A stretch of 64,000 nucleotides of DNA. Source: an uncultured Planctomycetaceae bacterium (GTDB lineage: Bacteria > Planctomycetota > UBA1135 > GCA-002686595). The DNA is taken from contig CAYQKK010000002.1 in NCBI GenBank assembly GCA_964417955.1, forward strand, positions 83,753-147,752, written 5' to 3'. A program made the position numbers and the translations under genes. Position 1 is the stretch's first letter. Each line of letters opens with the position of its first letter. Below are positions 37,720 through 46,972 of this stretch, in pieces. The notes beneath the pieces are model-generated. The model did not search any database. It saw only the letters and a program-made list of their open reading frames with translations, and was not told the origin of the DNA.

Positions 37720-39294
37720 TTAGGGCGTCACGAGCACGGAAGCCACGCTGGTGGTCTCAGCCCCGCTCACGGTGTCGATGAGGGCGCAAAAGTCGAATTG
37801 GGTCCCCACCAGCACGGCCGCTTGCCCGGGCGTCAGCTCGAAGCGAGCCTCCGCATGGCCTGCAGCGTCCAAGGTGCCAACGAAGGAGCCAAAGACCAAT
37901 CCGCGGGTGGGCCCCAGCGTCAATCCGAAGAGGCGGTCCGGGTTGAGCGGCACGAAGGCCCCCTGGAGCGTCGTCCCCGGCATCTGACCTGAAGTGCTCC
38001 CCAAGAGGCGGTAGCCGCGCGAAGGGTCGCTGGCGCGGTTGATCGTCAGCACCAAGTTGGCTGCGTCGGGGCCGTTCATCTCGGCTCGGCTCCCGTGGAG
38101 ATCCACCAAGGGCGCCGTCGTCATCGTCAGTGCGGGCCAAAGCGTTACCTCGCGCACACCGTCATCGACGCGCAGATGCCACTCGCCGTCCCCGGCTGCG
38201 GCGGTCGCCTGTAGCTGGAACGAATGGGTGCCATCGCCGTGGTCGACGACGGGGCTCGCCATGGCGGGTGCCGCGCCAGGATGCATGGGCGAGACGGTGA
38301 GGGTTTGCCCTCCGCTCGCGAGGGGCTGACCGAACCGGTCCACGAGCCGCACCGTGACGGTCGTGGTGGACAGCCCGTCGGCCACTAGCTCGCTTCGATC
38401 GGTGATCACCTCCGTGCGCAGTTGGTCGGTGACCTGAACCAAGCCTTGCTCCCAGGTGTCCATCTTGCCGAGGAGTTTGGTCACCGGATCGATCGCCAAG
38501 GCTCCGCCAAGAGTTACGCGCTCGTGGAGGTAGTAGCTACCGTTCGTGCAGCCGGTGTTGCCCACGCAGACCCCGTCGGTATCGCCGATACGCGCAACGA
38601 TGACGAAGCCAACATCGGACGATTTCGTGAAGCTCACGTTGGGCGGCGAGCCGCAGGAGCCTGGCATGGCGTCGTCGCAGGAGCATCGTCCGTCGCCTCC
38701 CATGAGGCGCGACGCTTCCATCGCCGCCGCGAGACGCGGGACAAGGTCGCCGTCCGTGGCGAGCAAGGCTGCCTCCGCTTCGAGGACGACCGGCGCCCCC
38801 GTGATCACGTTTCCTTGGATCGCGTAGCGCAGATCACCCACCTGACCCTGGACACCAAAGTTTGGGTCCCAGACGTTCGCGCCGGTAAAGGTCCGCGCGT
38901 CGCCAAAGTTCGAGCTCATGCCGATCTGCAAAGACACCGACTCCGGGAACGTCGCCTCGATCCCTTGGAGGATCTGCTCTGGGGATTGTCCCTGCTCCAT
39001 CCCCGCCCAGATGAACGCGCGCTTGGATCCCGTAGGATCGCCGGCAAACTGAACGGCAGCGGCGCCCTCGCCAACACGCACGAGGCCGAGCACACGCTCG
39101 AGGTTGATGTTGCGAACGCAGGTAGCTGAGAAGAGCCCCACTTCACCCGTGCGGGTGTTGACCACCACGATGGACCATGTGGCCGCGGCGGGTGCTGCCA
39201 ACGCGAGCGCCGCCACCCCGAGGACCGCCAGCTTCTTCTGTACCCGCACCGCGCCTTGAAGCCGCTGCATCGCTCGACGTAGGAAATACACCAT
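37720..39294 (-). CDS. Secreted DUF1028 (Ntn-hydrolase-like) protein with an invasin-type Ig domain and a distinct C-terminal module
   Basis: Signal ending PAAA|TWSIVVVNTRTGEVG; YAIQGNVITG; VADGLSTTTVTVRLVD...DHGDGTH; start ATG 39294. Confidence 0.75.
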   Translation of the reverse strand: MVYFLRRAMQRLQGAVRVQKKLAVLGVAALALAAPAAATWSIVVVNTRTGEVGLFSATCVRNINLERVLGLVRVGEGAAAVQFAGDPTGSKRAFIWAGMEQGQSPEQILQGIEATFPESVSLQIGMSSNFGDARTFTGANVWDPNFGVQGQVGDLRYAIQGNVITGAPVVLEAEAALLATDGDLVPRLAAAMEASRLMGGDGRCSCDDAMPGSCGSPPNVSFTKSSDVGFVIVARIGDTDGVCVGNTGCTNGSYYLHERVTLGGALAIDPVTKLLGKMDTWEQGLVQVTDQLRTEVITDRSELVADGLSTTTVTVRLVDRFGQPLASGGQTLTVSPMHPGAAPAMASPVVDHGDGTHSFQLQATAAAGDGEWHLRVDDGVREVTLWPALTMTTAPLVDLHGSRAEMNGPDAANLVLTINRASDPSRGYRLLGSTSGQMPGTTLQGAFVPLNPDRLFGLTLGPTRGLVFGSFVGTLDAAGHAEARFELTPGQAAVLVGTQFDFCALIDTVSGAETTSVASVLVTP

Positions 39295-39342
39295 CAATGA
39301 AGCTTAGCGAATAGCGGTCATGATCGTCAGACTGCTCTCATC

Positions 39343-40635
39343 ATGGCCATCCCCACTGCGCTCCTGTGCCTCACTCAGACACCCGAAATGGAACCGCTTG
39401 AGCGGTTGAAGGAAACGTCCTCAATCGAGCTGTGGCTCCACACGGGCGGCGCGTGGCTGGTGGTCTTGCTGATCGCGCTCCTCGCGAACTGGATCGCCAA
39501 GAAGATCATCGTCCGCGCCGTCAGCGCACTGGTGAAGCACACCGAGACGACGTGGGACGACCTACTGGTCGAGCACAACGTGCTGGTGCGGCTTTCGCAC
39601 CTCGCTCCGGCGCTGGTGATCTACATCGCCGCGCCGTTTGTGCTCAGGGAACCAGAGGATGCGATCTACGTTCAGTACCTGCGCCGCTTCGCCAACGTCT
39701 GGATGATCGTTGCGGGAGCGAGGGCGCTCCACGCCCTGATTGAGTCGCTCGTCGAGCTTGGGCGGCGATCGGATGCGGCCCGGGCGAAGCCGCTTCGGAG
39801 CTACGCCCAGGTGGCCGAGCTTGTGATCTGGATCGCCGCCGCGATCCTCAGCGTCTCCGTGATCATGCAGCGTTCGCCAACGACGCTGCTTGCGGGACTG
39901 GGCGCCATGACGGCGATCCTCTTGCTTGTGTTCAAGGACTCCATCCTCGGCTTCCTTGCGAGCATTAGGCTCGCCTCCAACGACATGCTGCGCACCGGAG
40001 ATTGGGTCGAGGTACCGAAGTACGGGGCCGACGGGGACGTGATCGACATTGGCCTCCACACGGTCAAGGTGCAGAACTGGGACAAGACCATCAGCATGAT
40101 CCCCACCCACGTGTTCATGACGGACACGTTCAAGAACTGGCGGGGCATGACCGAGTCGGGCGGGCGCCGTATCAAGCGCTCGCTGCATCTCGACATGACG
40201 AGCGTTCGCTTCCTTGAGGACGCCGACCTGGAACGCCTAGGCCGCATCCAGTCGCTGGAGCCCTACCTGAGTGAACGCAAGAAGGAGCTTGAGCAGTGGA
40301 ACCGCGAGAAGAACGTCGATGGCGATTCGCTAGCTAACGGCCGCCGGCTCACGAACATCGGCACGTTCCGCGCCTACATCGAGTGCTACCTGAAAGAGCT
40401 CGAGCCCATCCGTGACGATATGACCTTCCTCGTGCGCCAGCTCGCACCGTCATCGGAAGGTGTGCCGCTCGAGATCTACTGCTTCAGCGGCGAGCAGCGC
40501 TGGAAGTACTTCGAGGGCATCATGGGCGACATCTTCGACCACCTTCTGGCCGTCGTCCACGAGTTCGACCTGCGCGTCTATCAGCAGCCGGGGTCGGAAG
40601 ATCTGCGGAGCCTCGTGGCGCGGTCGAAGAGCTAA
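39343..40635 (+). CDS. MscS-family mechanosensitive channel (YbdG-like)
   Basis: LLAGLGAMTAILLLVFKDSILG, GDWVEVPKYGADGDVIDIGLHTVKVQNWDKTI, FKNWRGMTESGGRRIKRS. Confidence 0.9.
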   Translation: MAIPTALLCLTQTPEMEPLERLKETSSIELWLHTGGAWLVVLLIALLANWIAKKIIVRAVSALVKHTETTWDDLLVEHNVLVRLSHLAPALVIYIAAPFVLREPEDAIYVQYLRRFANVWMIVAGARALHALIESLVELGRRSDAARAKPLRSYAQVAELVIWIAAAILSVSVIMQRSPTTLLAGLGAMTAILLLVFKDSILGFLASIRLASNDMLRTGDWVEVPKYGADGDVIDIGLHTVKVQNWDKTISMIPTHVFMTDTFKNWRGMTESGGRRIKRSLHLDMTSVRFLEDADLERLGRIQSLEPYLSERKKELEQWNREKNVDGDSLANGRRLTNIGTFRAYIECYLKELEPIRDDMTFLVRQLAPSSEGVPLEIYCFSGEQRWKYFEGIMGDIFDHLLAVVHEFDLRVYQQPGSEDLRSLVARSKS

Positions 40636-42164
40636 TCACCGGCCGGCGCAGACTTGGGTGCAGCGGCCAGAACGTCGTCCAGCCACGCTTTGAGTCTCAG
40701 CTGAACTTCGAAGAGGGGCAGCTGAAACCACGTCTCGATCGCCACCACGGATGAGGCCTTGCCAGAGCCTACCGCCTTTGTGATCGCCCGAAGCGCGCCC
40801 GGTTCGGCCCCTTCACACAGGTACGCCACCAAGGCATAGGTCACGGCAACATCCTGGGAGGTCATCTCACTCGTGTTGCGGCCGAGCGCTCGCGCGAGAT
40901 CGCTGGTCTCATACTCCCCAAGGCAGCGCGAGGCTATCTCAAGCCAGTCCGCCTCGGGATCTTCCAGACCGAGGCTCACCGGCACCTCCCCAGGCGCGGC
41001 GTACTGCGTGATCGCCACATGCCGAGAAAGCCGCGTGCCCACCACCGCGTAGTTGACGTAAAGGCCCAGCGCTTCAACGAGCCATCCACGCTTCGTCTTG
41101 ATGCCAAACGTCACGTCGAGGAAACGTACCGCGATCTGCTTGCAGACCATGTCCGCGCGCTCGACCGCATCCGCACCCCACACGCCGCAGCGCGTCTTGC
41201 CCGGCATCCACATGCTGCCGAGCTTTCGGGCGCGACTACGCTGGTCATCATCGAGGCCGGGATAGCTACTGATGTAGCGATTCATGTCCTCCTGACGCTC
41301 GAGAAGATAGACGGTCCAAGGCTCCGGCAGCTTCGGTTCCTCACCCACGAGCTTGGCGAGAAAGCCGAGGGAGGTCGCGGCAACGGACAGCGCCGCGTCG
41401 CTCTCTGCGGAGGTCGCGCGCCCGACGAGCCGGAGCGGGGGCAGATCGCGCACCAATTTCCACTCGACGTTGATCGACCCGTCGATCTCGTCCTGCTGGC
41501 CGTCCTGGGTCACCGCGGCTGCGCCACGCGCTTCGCTCAGCCATCGCTCCAGTTCGGCGCGCCGAGCAGGAGTTCTCACGGCTGCGGCGCTCACCCAGCG
41601 GGGAGCTTCCTCTTCCTTCGCAACGTTCTGGTAGCCGAGGCGCATGAGCAGCCTCGGCTGACCCGGCGCAACGCCATAGAGCTCACGCAGCTGCGTCAGC
41701 GTCGCCGCGGGTCCGAGATTCGCCTCCGCGGTCTCGATCGCGTCCATCGCCTGGGTGACGAAGGCCGCGTCGAGGGCGTCTCGTCGCTGCACGTACTCCT
41801 TCGCCGCCTTCGTGCCTCCATCCGAGGGCGAGCGATAGCTGTCCCGCCGAACCCAGGTGTCCGTCTTCCGATCGAATCGGTAGCGCAGCGACTTCCGGGC
41901 CTTCGCGTCATCCGGCCGAAACTTGAGCAAGCTCTCCAGCGCGTGGTTACGCCTCGCATAAGCCCCGTTCTTGTGGCACCAGGCCGCCAGCGCCTCGAGT
42001 CCATCCGCGTAGGTCAGTCGCGCCGCCCGGAGGCGCTCGTCGAGCTCCTCGGCCCACACCGACTGGTCCAACTGCGCGTTGGGCTGGACCGATCCGACCG
42101 ACGTAGGTCTGGGCGCTCCGTGGACCGGTGCGAGTGGAGCGAGAAGAAATGCGATGAGCAGCAT
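40632..42164 (-). CDS. Secreted hypothetical protein (DUF1570/peptidase MA-like fold, no HExxH)
   Basis: Signal MLLIAFLLAPLAPVHG; LAAWC...ARKSLRY repeat; GWLVEALGLY. Confidence 0.6.
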   Translation of the reverse strand: MLLIAFLLAPLAPVHGAPRPTSVGSVQPNAQLDQSVWAEELDERLRAARLTYADGLEALAAWCHKNGAYARRNHALESLLKFRPDDAKARKSLRYRFDRKTDTWVRRDSYRSPSDGGTKAAKEYVQRRDALDAAFVTQAMDAIETAEANLGPAATLTQLRELYGVAPGQPRLLMRLGYQNVAKEEEAPRWVSAAAVRTPARRAELERWLSEARGAAAVTQDGQQDEIDGSINVEWKLVRDLPPLRLVGRATSAESDAALSVAATSLGFLAKLVGEEPKLPEPWTVYLLERQEDMNRYISSYPGLDDDQRSRARKLGSMWMPGKTRCGVWGADAVERADMVCKQIAVRFLDVTFGIKTKRGWLVEALGLYVNYAVVGTRLSRHVAITQYAAPGEVPVSLGLEDPEADWLEIASRCLGEYETSDLARALGRNTSEMTSQDVAVTYALVAYLCEGAEPGALRAITKAVGSGKASSVVAIETWFQLPLFEVQLRLKAWLDDVLAAAPKSAPAGD

Positions 42165-42262
42165 GGGTGGTTTCAGGAGGACAGAAAACAACGTCCCGTA
42201 GGACCCCGTCGTCGCTGCTAGCCTACCACCGCGGCAGGGTCACGACGTCCGCCCACTACCGC

Positions 42263-42778
42263 TCACAGGTAAAGGGTCATGAACGCGGAGTTGGGGTCAG
42301 GTCCGTACTCCCCGAAAGGACCGCACGGCACGAAGCCGAGCCGAGCGTAGAGCCTCCTCGCGCCCGCAAAGCTCTCCATGGCGCCCGTCTCAAGGCTCAG
42401 CCGCCCATAGCCTCGATCCCTGGCCTGCTTGATCAGGAAGACGACGAAGCGCTCGCCGATACCGTGACCCCGCCAGTCCGAGTGCGTGTGCACCGACTTG
42501 ATCTCGCCACTTGTCGGATCAAGCTGATTGAGCGCGCCGCAGGCAACGAGCTCCGATGACCCTTCGGCCACCGTCTGCGCCGTCCAGAGCGTGACGGATG
42601 GGGTCCGGAATCCCTCAACGTCTAGGGCGTAGACGCTCCCCGCCGGTGAGATGGCGTGCATTTCCGCGAGGTGTCGCCTTAGAAGCGCAGCGACCGGGCC
42701 TTCAGTCGAGTCCGCGACCATGAAGCGGAGGGGGAGTTGCGGTTCCATGCTCGCCCCGTCAGGGGCCATCCGACTCAT
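42263..42778 (-). CDS. GNAT acetyltransferase (YsnE-like)
   Basis: GEIKSVHT...RGHGIG, LSLETG, LYARLGFVPCGPFGEYGPDPNS; start uncertain (42778, 42769 or 42748). Confidence 0.85.
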   Translation of the reverse strand: MSRMAPDGASMEPQLPLRFMVADSTEGPVAALLRRHLAEMHAISPAGSVYALDVEGFRTPSVTLWTAQTVAEGSSELVACGALNQLDPTSGEIKSVHTHSDWRGHGIGERFVVFLIKQARDRGYGRLSLETGAMESFAGARRLYARLGFVPCGPFGEYGPDPNSAFMTLYL

Positions 42779-42788
42779 CGGTACAGCC

Positions 42789-45635
42789 CTACGGCTTGTA
42801 TTGCGGACCACGTCGATCAGAACTAGCCTTGCTCCAGTACTCCTGGAACAGGGTCGGGGATCCCTCGGGCTCCCCGCGCACTTGGGTGCGCTGCCTTTGG
42901 CGTGCGTTCGTCTTTGACTTACGATCGCAGTACTTGTCGAAGCGTATCCTCAGCGCCTCCTTCTTCCCGCGGGCTCTCCGCGGTCGAATGTAGCTATCGT
43001 GAACGCTGATGTGGGAGTACTTGTCGGCACCGAACTGAACGTCGTTTCGCTCGATCACCGAGTTGTAGATGCTCGCGAATCCGCCGGAGTCGTAGCGCCA
43101 GTTCTTCTTGTACGCGTTGATCCCGAGGTCGTTCCCTCGGATCTCTGAGTTCACGATGACCGCTCGCGAACGATCCTTCATCTCGGCACCGATCGCGCCG
43201 TCGATCAGCGAACAGTGCAAGAGCATCGCGGTGGTGTCTTCGCCGACGGACACGCCCTTGTCACCGCTATTCACGGACGTCACGTGCATCGCCACAACGG
43301 TAGACGTCATCAGGTCCAACGAGTCGTTGCCACTCTCGATGAACTGGCAGTCCGAGACGACCGCCTCGCTGATGTCAATGTCCAAAGCGTCCATGAGCGA
43401 TCGCACGAACTTGCAGCGAGCGATATGAATCGTGGAATAGACGACGTGAACCATGTCGTCGACCACTTGGCTATCTTCGAACAAGCAGTCCTCGATGACG
43501 GCGTCGTCGACGTCGTGAATCGAGAGCATCGCACTGAATTCCGCCTCGGGGGACTTCAGCCCGCTTCCGAACCGCATGTTCATCCACGCGATCTGTGACT
43601 CATCCGCGCCAGCCCCTCGTACCGCGAGCGTACCCCAAGGCTCTTGCCCCTCAGCAAGCGGCTCAACGATGATCGGCTCCTGCTTCGTTCCGCGTGCGAT
43701 CAGGCGACCCTCGAAAATGAGGGAAGCGGCGGGGGCCATCCGGAGCACTGTACCGGGTGCCAAAATCACGTTGTTCTGGATCCGGCGAACACCCTCTACG
43801 ACCACCTCGCCAGACCAGCGCTCAGTGTCACCGAACGGCGCTGGCGAAACGACCTCGGTGAAGTACTTGAAGGGCTCCATCACGATTCTGCGCACCTTGC
43901 GCGCCATGTGAGTGTCCCCGAGCGAGTCGATGCTTGCGAGTCGCAGCACTCGCCTCTCCTCGACGCCGCCGCCGCGCAGCACAAGCTGGTAGCTCGTGGG
44001 CTGCGGCTCCATGTAGTTGCGCATGTTGAACGTACGGTGCTCCTTGACCACCCGCTTCAGCTCGGCGCAAAAGGGAACATTGACTCGCAGCCTCGATCCC
44101 AATAGGTCGACCTTCGAAGACACGTCAATAGTCTTGGGTTCGCCGCTGGGAGAACGGAAAGCGATGAACGCCTCAACGCGGCCATCGAGCGGCTCATCGA
44201 ACGCAAGTTCGACGCCGTGGGCGACCTTCCGCCCATTCACCTGAAGCCTGACCATGCCTGACCCGTGGGGGGAGGCAACGTACTGCAGGTCGGGCTCCGC
44301 CATGTACTCCGCGCGAAGGTCCCGCCCGATCTGGTTGATCTGGAAGCGTGTCTTGGCTTGTCTACGCCGGACGTTCTCTGGACTGTGCAGCGTCAACATC
44401 GACCCGAGACCCGGGTCCCGGTCGAGACTGGGAGACACCTGTGCGATCAGCTCGTCCACGCGCTCGATGAACGCGTCGTGCTTGCCCGTGCCGAACCAGT
44501 CTTCGAATGCCCGCTGGCGCGCGGCAAGAAATTGGGGATCGTCGAAGAGCGCGACGTCGAGCTCCGAACTCATGACGTCGGGGCGCGCGGACTCTCCCGG
44601 GCGGGGTAGAGCGACCTGGTGCCATCCGAGGGAGTCCCAAACGACCGGGAGGAAGTGGTTCCGCCAAGGGTCGAAGTACAGCCGTTGGTTGTGGCGATCG
44701 TCAAAGTGGAACGTCTGACAGACGGTGCGAAAAGCAGAGAAGCGTCCGAACGATTCGATGTCGAGCAGGTCGCGGAGCGCGAGCGTGCGCTCTTCCGAAG
44801 GGGGCATGTCCAGCGTCGAGGCGAGCCGGCGAAGGTTCGTATCCTCATCCTCCGGGAAGTGGTTGTTGATCGCGATCTTCTCCCAAAGCGCTGGATTCGA
44901 AAAGAGCTGCGAAGCGACGCCCACGAAGCGGTTGCGCTTGACCATATCCCCTGAGTAGAGGTCGCCGGGCATCTTGCCGCTCTTGCGCACCACCATCTCC
45001 TCGAGCTGCTCGACGAGCAGGTGCACTCCGCGATTCCTGCCGTTCACCCGCAGGTTGATCATCTCGCTGTGTGGCCCGATGAGGCCGAACCGCAGGGCAA
45101 GCTCGTTCGAGAGCTGCTCGACGATTTGATCTCCACTCTTCGGGACGCTGAAGTTCATCGCGCGCATGCGTTCAAAGAGCCGCTTCTTCTTGGTCTTGAC
45201 CCGAAGGGACTTCTTGCGCGCCCCCCAGTGCCAGAAGTGGTCGCCGCGATAGCGAAGCTTGACTTCGCCGAGAGTCCCATCCGGATACTGCAGCGACCCG
45301 GCCACGTACTCCCGCCCTGAGTGGGGTAGCTCGCTGTTCAAGCGGCGCTCGGAAGACTCGGGAACGTAGAGCTCGATGGTGCGGAGCCGTGGCGGCTTAT
45401 CCCCGGTACGCGGACGGAGGGCCAGCGAGATGTCCCGCATGACTCCGTGGGCCTCATAGCTGCCGATGCGATACAGCGACATGTGGTCGGTATGCGTCGC
45501 GAACTTGACCCCTAGGTCCTCGTACTTGTCGCCCGTCCGAAATGCCCAGAGCAGGAATGCGCTGGCCACCGGTACGGTCACGATCAGACTCCAGCGCCAA
45601 ATGAACGAGACAACGGACTTGATGGAACTAACCAC
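42789..45635 (-). CDS. CotH-family kinase fused to a right-handed beta-helix domain
   Basis: N-terminal TM; RYRGDHFWHW...KKSLRVK; NGRNRGVHLLVEQ; HNQRLYFDP...PVVWD; DALDID / GNDSLDL / SGDKGVSVGE helix rungs. Confidence 0.8.
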   Translation of the reverse strand: MVSSIKSVVSFIWRWSLIVTVPVASAFLLWAFRTGDKYEDLGVKFATHTDHMSLYRIGSYEAHGVMRDISLALRPRTGDKPPRLRTIELYVPESSERRLNSELPHSGREYVAGSLQYPDGTLGEVKLRYRGDHFWHWGARKKSLRVKTKKKRLFERMRAMNFSVPKSGDQIVEQLSNELALRFGLIGPHSEMINLRVNGRNRGVHLLVEQLEEMVVRKSGKMPGDLYSGDMVKRNRFVGVASQLFSNPALWEKIAINNHFPEDEDTNLRRLASTLDMPPSEERTLALRDLLDIESFGRFSAFRTVCQTFHFDDRHNQRLYFDPWRNHFLPVVWDSLGWHQVALPRPGESARPDVMSSELDVALFDDPQFLAARQRAFEDWFGTGKHDAFIERVDELIAQVSPSLDRDPGLGSMLTLHSPENVRRRQAKTRFQINQIGRDLRAEYMAEPDLQYVASPHGSGMVRLQVNGRKVAHGVELAFDEPLDGRVEAFIAFRSPSGEPKTIDVSSKVDLLGSRLRVNVPFCAELKRVVKEHRTFNMRNYMEPQPTSYQLVLRGGGVEERRVLRLASIDSLGDTHMARKVRRIVMEPFKYFTEVVSPAPFGDTERWSGEVVVEGVRRIQNNVILAPGTVLRMAPAASLIFEGRLIARGTKQEPIIVEPLAEGQEPWGTLAVRGAGADESQIAWMNMRFGSGLKSPEAEFSAMLSIHDVDDAVIEDCLFEDSQVVDDMVHVVYSTIHIARCKFVRSLMDALDIDISEAVVSDCQFIESGNDSLDLMTSTVVAMHVTSVNSGDKGVSVGEDTTAMLLHCSLIDGAIGAEMKDRSRAVIVNSEIRGNDLGINAYKKNWRYDSGGFASIYNSVIERNDVQFGADKYSHISVHDSYIRPRRARGKKEALRIRFDKYCDRKSKTNARQRQRTQVRGEPEGSPTLFQEYWSKASSDRRGPQYKP

Positions 45636-46743
45636 GGAGCACCTCCCTCAGCGCAAGGAGCTGGGCGCGCGTTTGATCTGTTCCGCCACCCGCTTGATGA
45701 TCCGCTGCCATTTCCTCCATAGCGCGGGCACCTAGGTCGCTCTCCAGAAACTCTTTGACGGCCTCTGACAGGGCGGGCTGAACCTCGGCCGCGAACCGTA
45801 TGCCGACAATCTGGCTCTCCCCCGGAACCTGGGGCTTGTTGATCACGTAGTTCGGAGCCGCCTTGGCGGTGCCGCGCCAGCCAGTCGGCATCTTCTCCAT
45901 GTGCCGCGCTCGCCCGACGTCAGACAGCTCGAGGGTGAAGTCCGTTCCGTCCTCAAGGAGGAAGACGAGCTTAGGATCTTCCACGACGAACGTTGTATTT
46001 GCGGGCGGATCCAGCCGTACCCCGAGCAGGCTGTCGACCGGCGCGTCGAGCTCGATCGCGCCCGACACCGACACATCGCCGGCAAGGTCGAAGAACTTGG
46101 CTTTCGACCAGGGAGCGTTGGCGGATCGGTAGAGCATCTTCCAATCGGAGAGAGGTCTCGCTAGGCCGTTGCCACTGCTCATTCTAAAGAGGAGTTCGAG
46201 AGCCTCCTTGCCTTGGGACGCCTGAATGAGCTGGTCAAAGTAGGCGAGCTGATACACGCCGTTCCCTTGCGTCACGTCATCGAGCAATTCGAAGACTGAC
46301 TTGGATTCCTCCAACATGCCGAGGGCACCGAAGAGCTTCGCGCGCGCCAGCTCGTTGGGCAGAATTCGCTCGTCCAGCATGTGCAGCTGGTTGGCCCATT
46401 CGAGGGCCTCTTCGACATTCCCCTCGCGATACGAGACATCCCGCAGAGCCGTGAGGGCGTCGGTTCGAACTTCCTCCAGCCGGTCTCCCCGCTTCGTGTC
46501 TGCGGTGCCTTCAGCGACCTTTTCCAAGTGGGCAGTCGCCGCATCGGTATCCCCGGCAGCCAGGGACTCCTTCGCAAGCTCCAGCTGGCTGCGAACCGCC
46601 TGCTGGGACTTCTTGATGATCCACTGGTCGAGCTCATCGACCTTCTCAGGATGATAGGTCCAAGCCACTCGCGCGCCGACGGCGACAATGCAGACTCCTA
46701 GAAAGAGCACGCGGAGAACGTTGAGGAATCGGCTGAACGGCAT
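45628..46743 (-). CDS. Membrane-anchored hypothetical protein with TPR-like helices
   Basis: From ATG 46743 (MPFSRFLNVLRVLFLGVCIVAVGA); overlaps the CotH start by 8 bp, suggesting translational coupling. Confidence 0.65.
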   Translation of the reverse strand: MPFSRFLNVLRVLFLGVCIVAVGARVAWTYHPEKVDELDQWIIKKSQQAVRSQLELAKESLAAGDTDAATAHLEKVAEGTADTKRGDRLEEVRTDALTALRDVSYREGNVEEALEWANQLHMLDERILPNELARAKLFGALGMLEESKSVFELLDDVTQGNGVYQLAYFDQLIQASQGKEALELLFRMSSGNGLARPLSDWKMLYRSANAPWSKAKFFDLAGDVSVSGAIELDAPVDSLLGVRLDPPANTTFVVEDPKLVFLLEDGTDFTLELSDVGRARHMEKMPTGWRGTAKAAPNYVINKPQVPGESQIVGIRFAAEVQPALSEAVKEFLESDLGARAMEEMAADHQAGGGTDQTRAQLLALREVLRG

Positions 46744-46972
46744 GGCGAAACGGGGAACGATGGGCGCAGCGCCCTGGGGTTTAAGCCTGCTCCTAGCATA
46801 CCCCAGTGAGTCGCGGGGCGTGGGCCGGGGACGGCAAGGTTGCCGTCGCGTTCCGGGACGGTGCCCCGGCGTGGAGTCATCTTGCCGAGCCACCTCTCGA
46901 GATTTCCGAGCGCCGCTACCATGGGACCTGATGGCGCACGCCGTTGACTCGGCCGTCGGATCCTCAGTTCCC

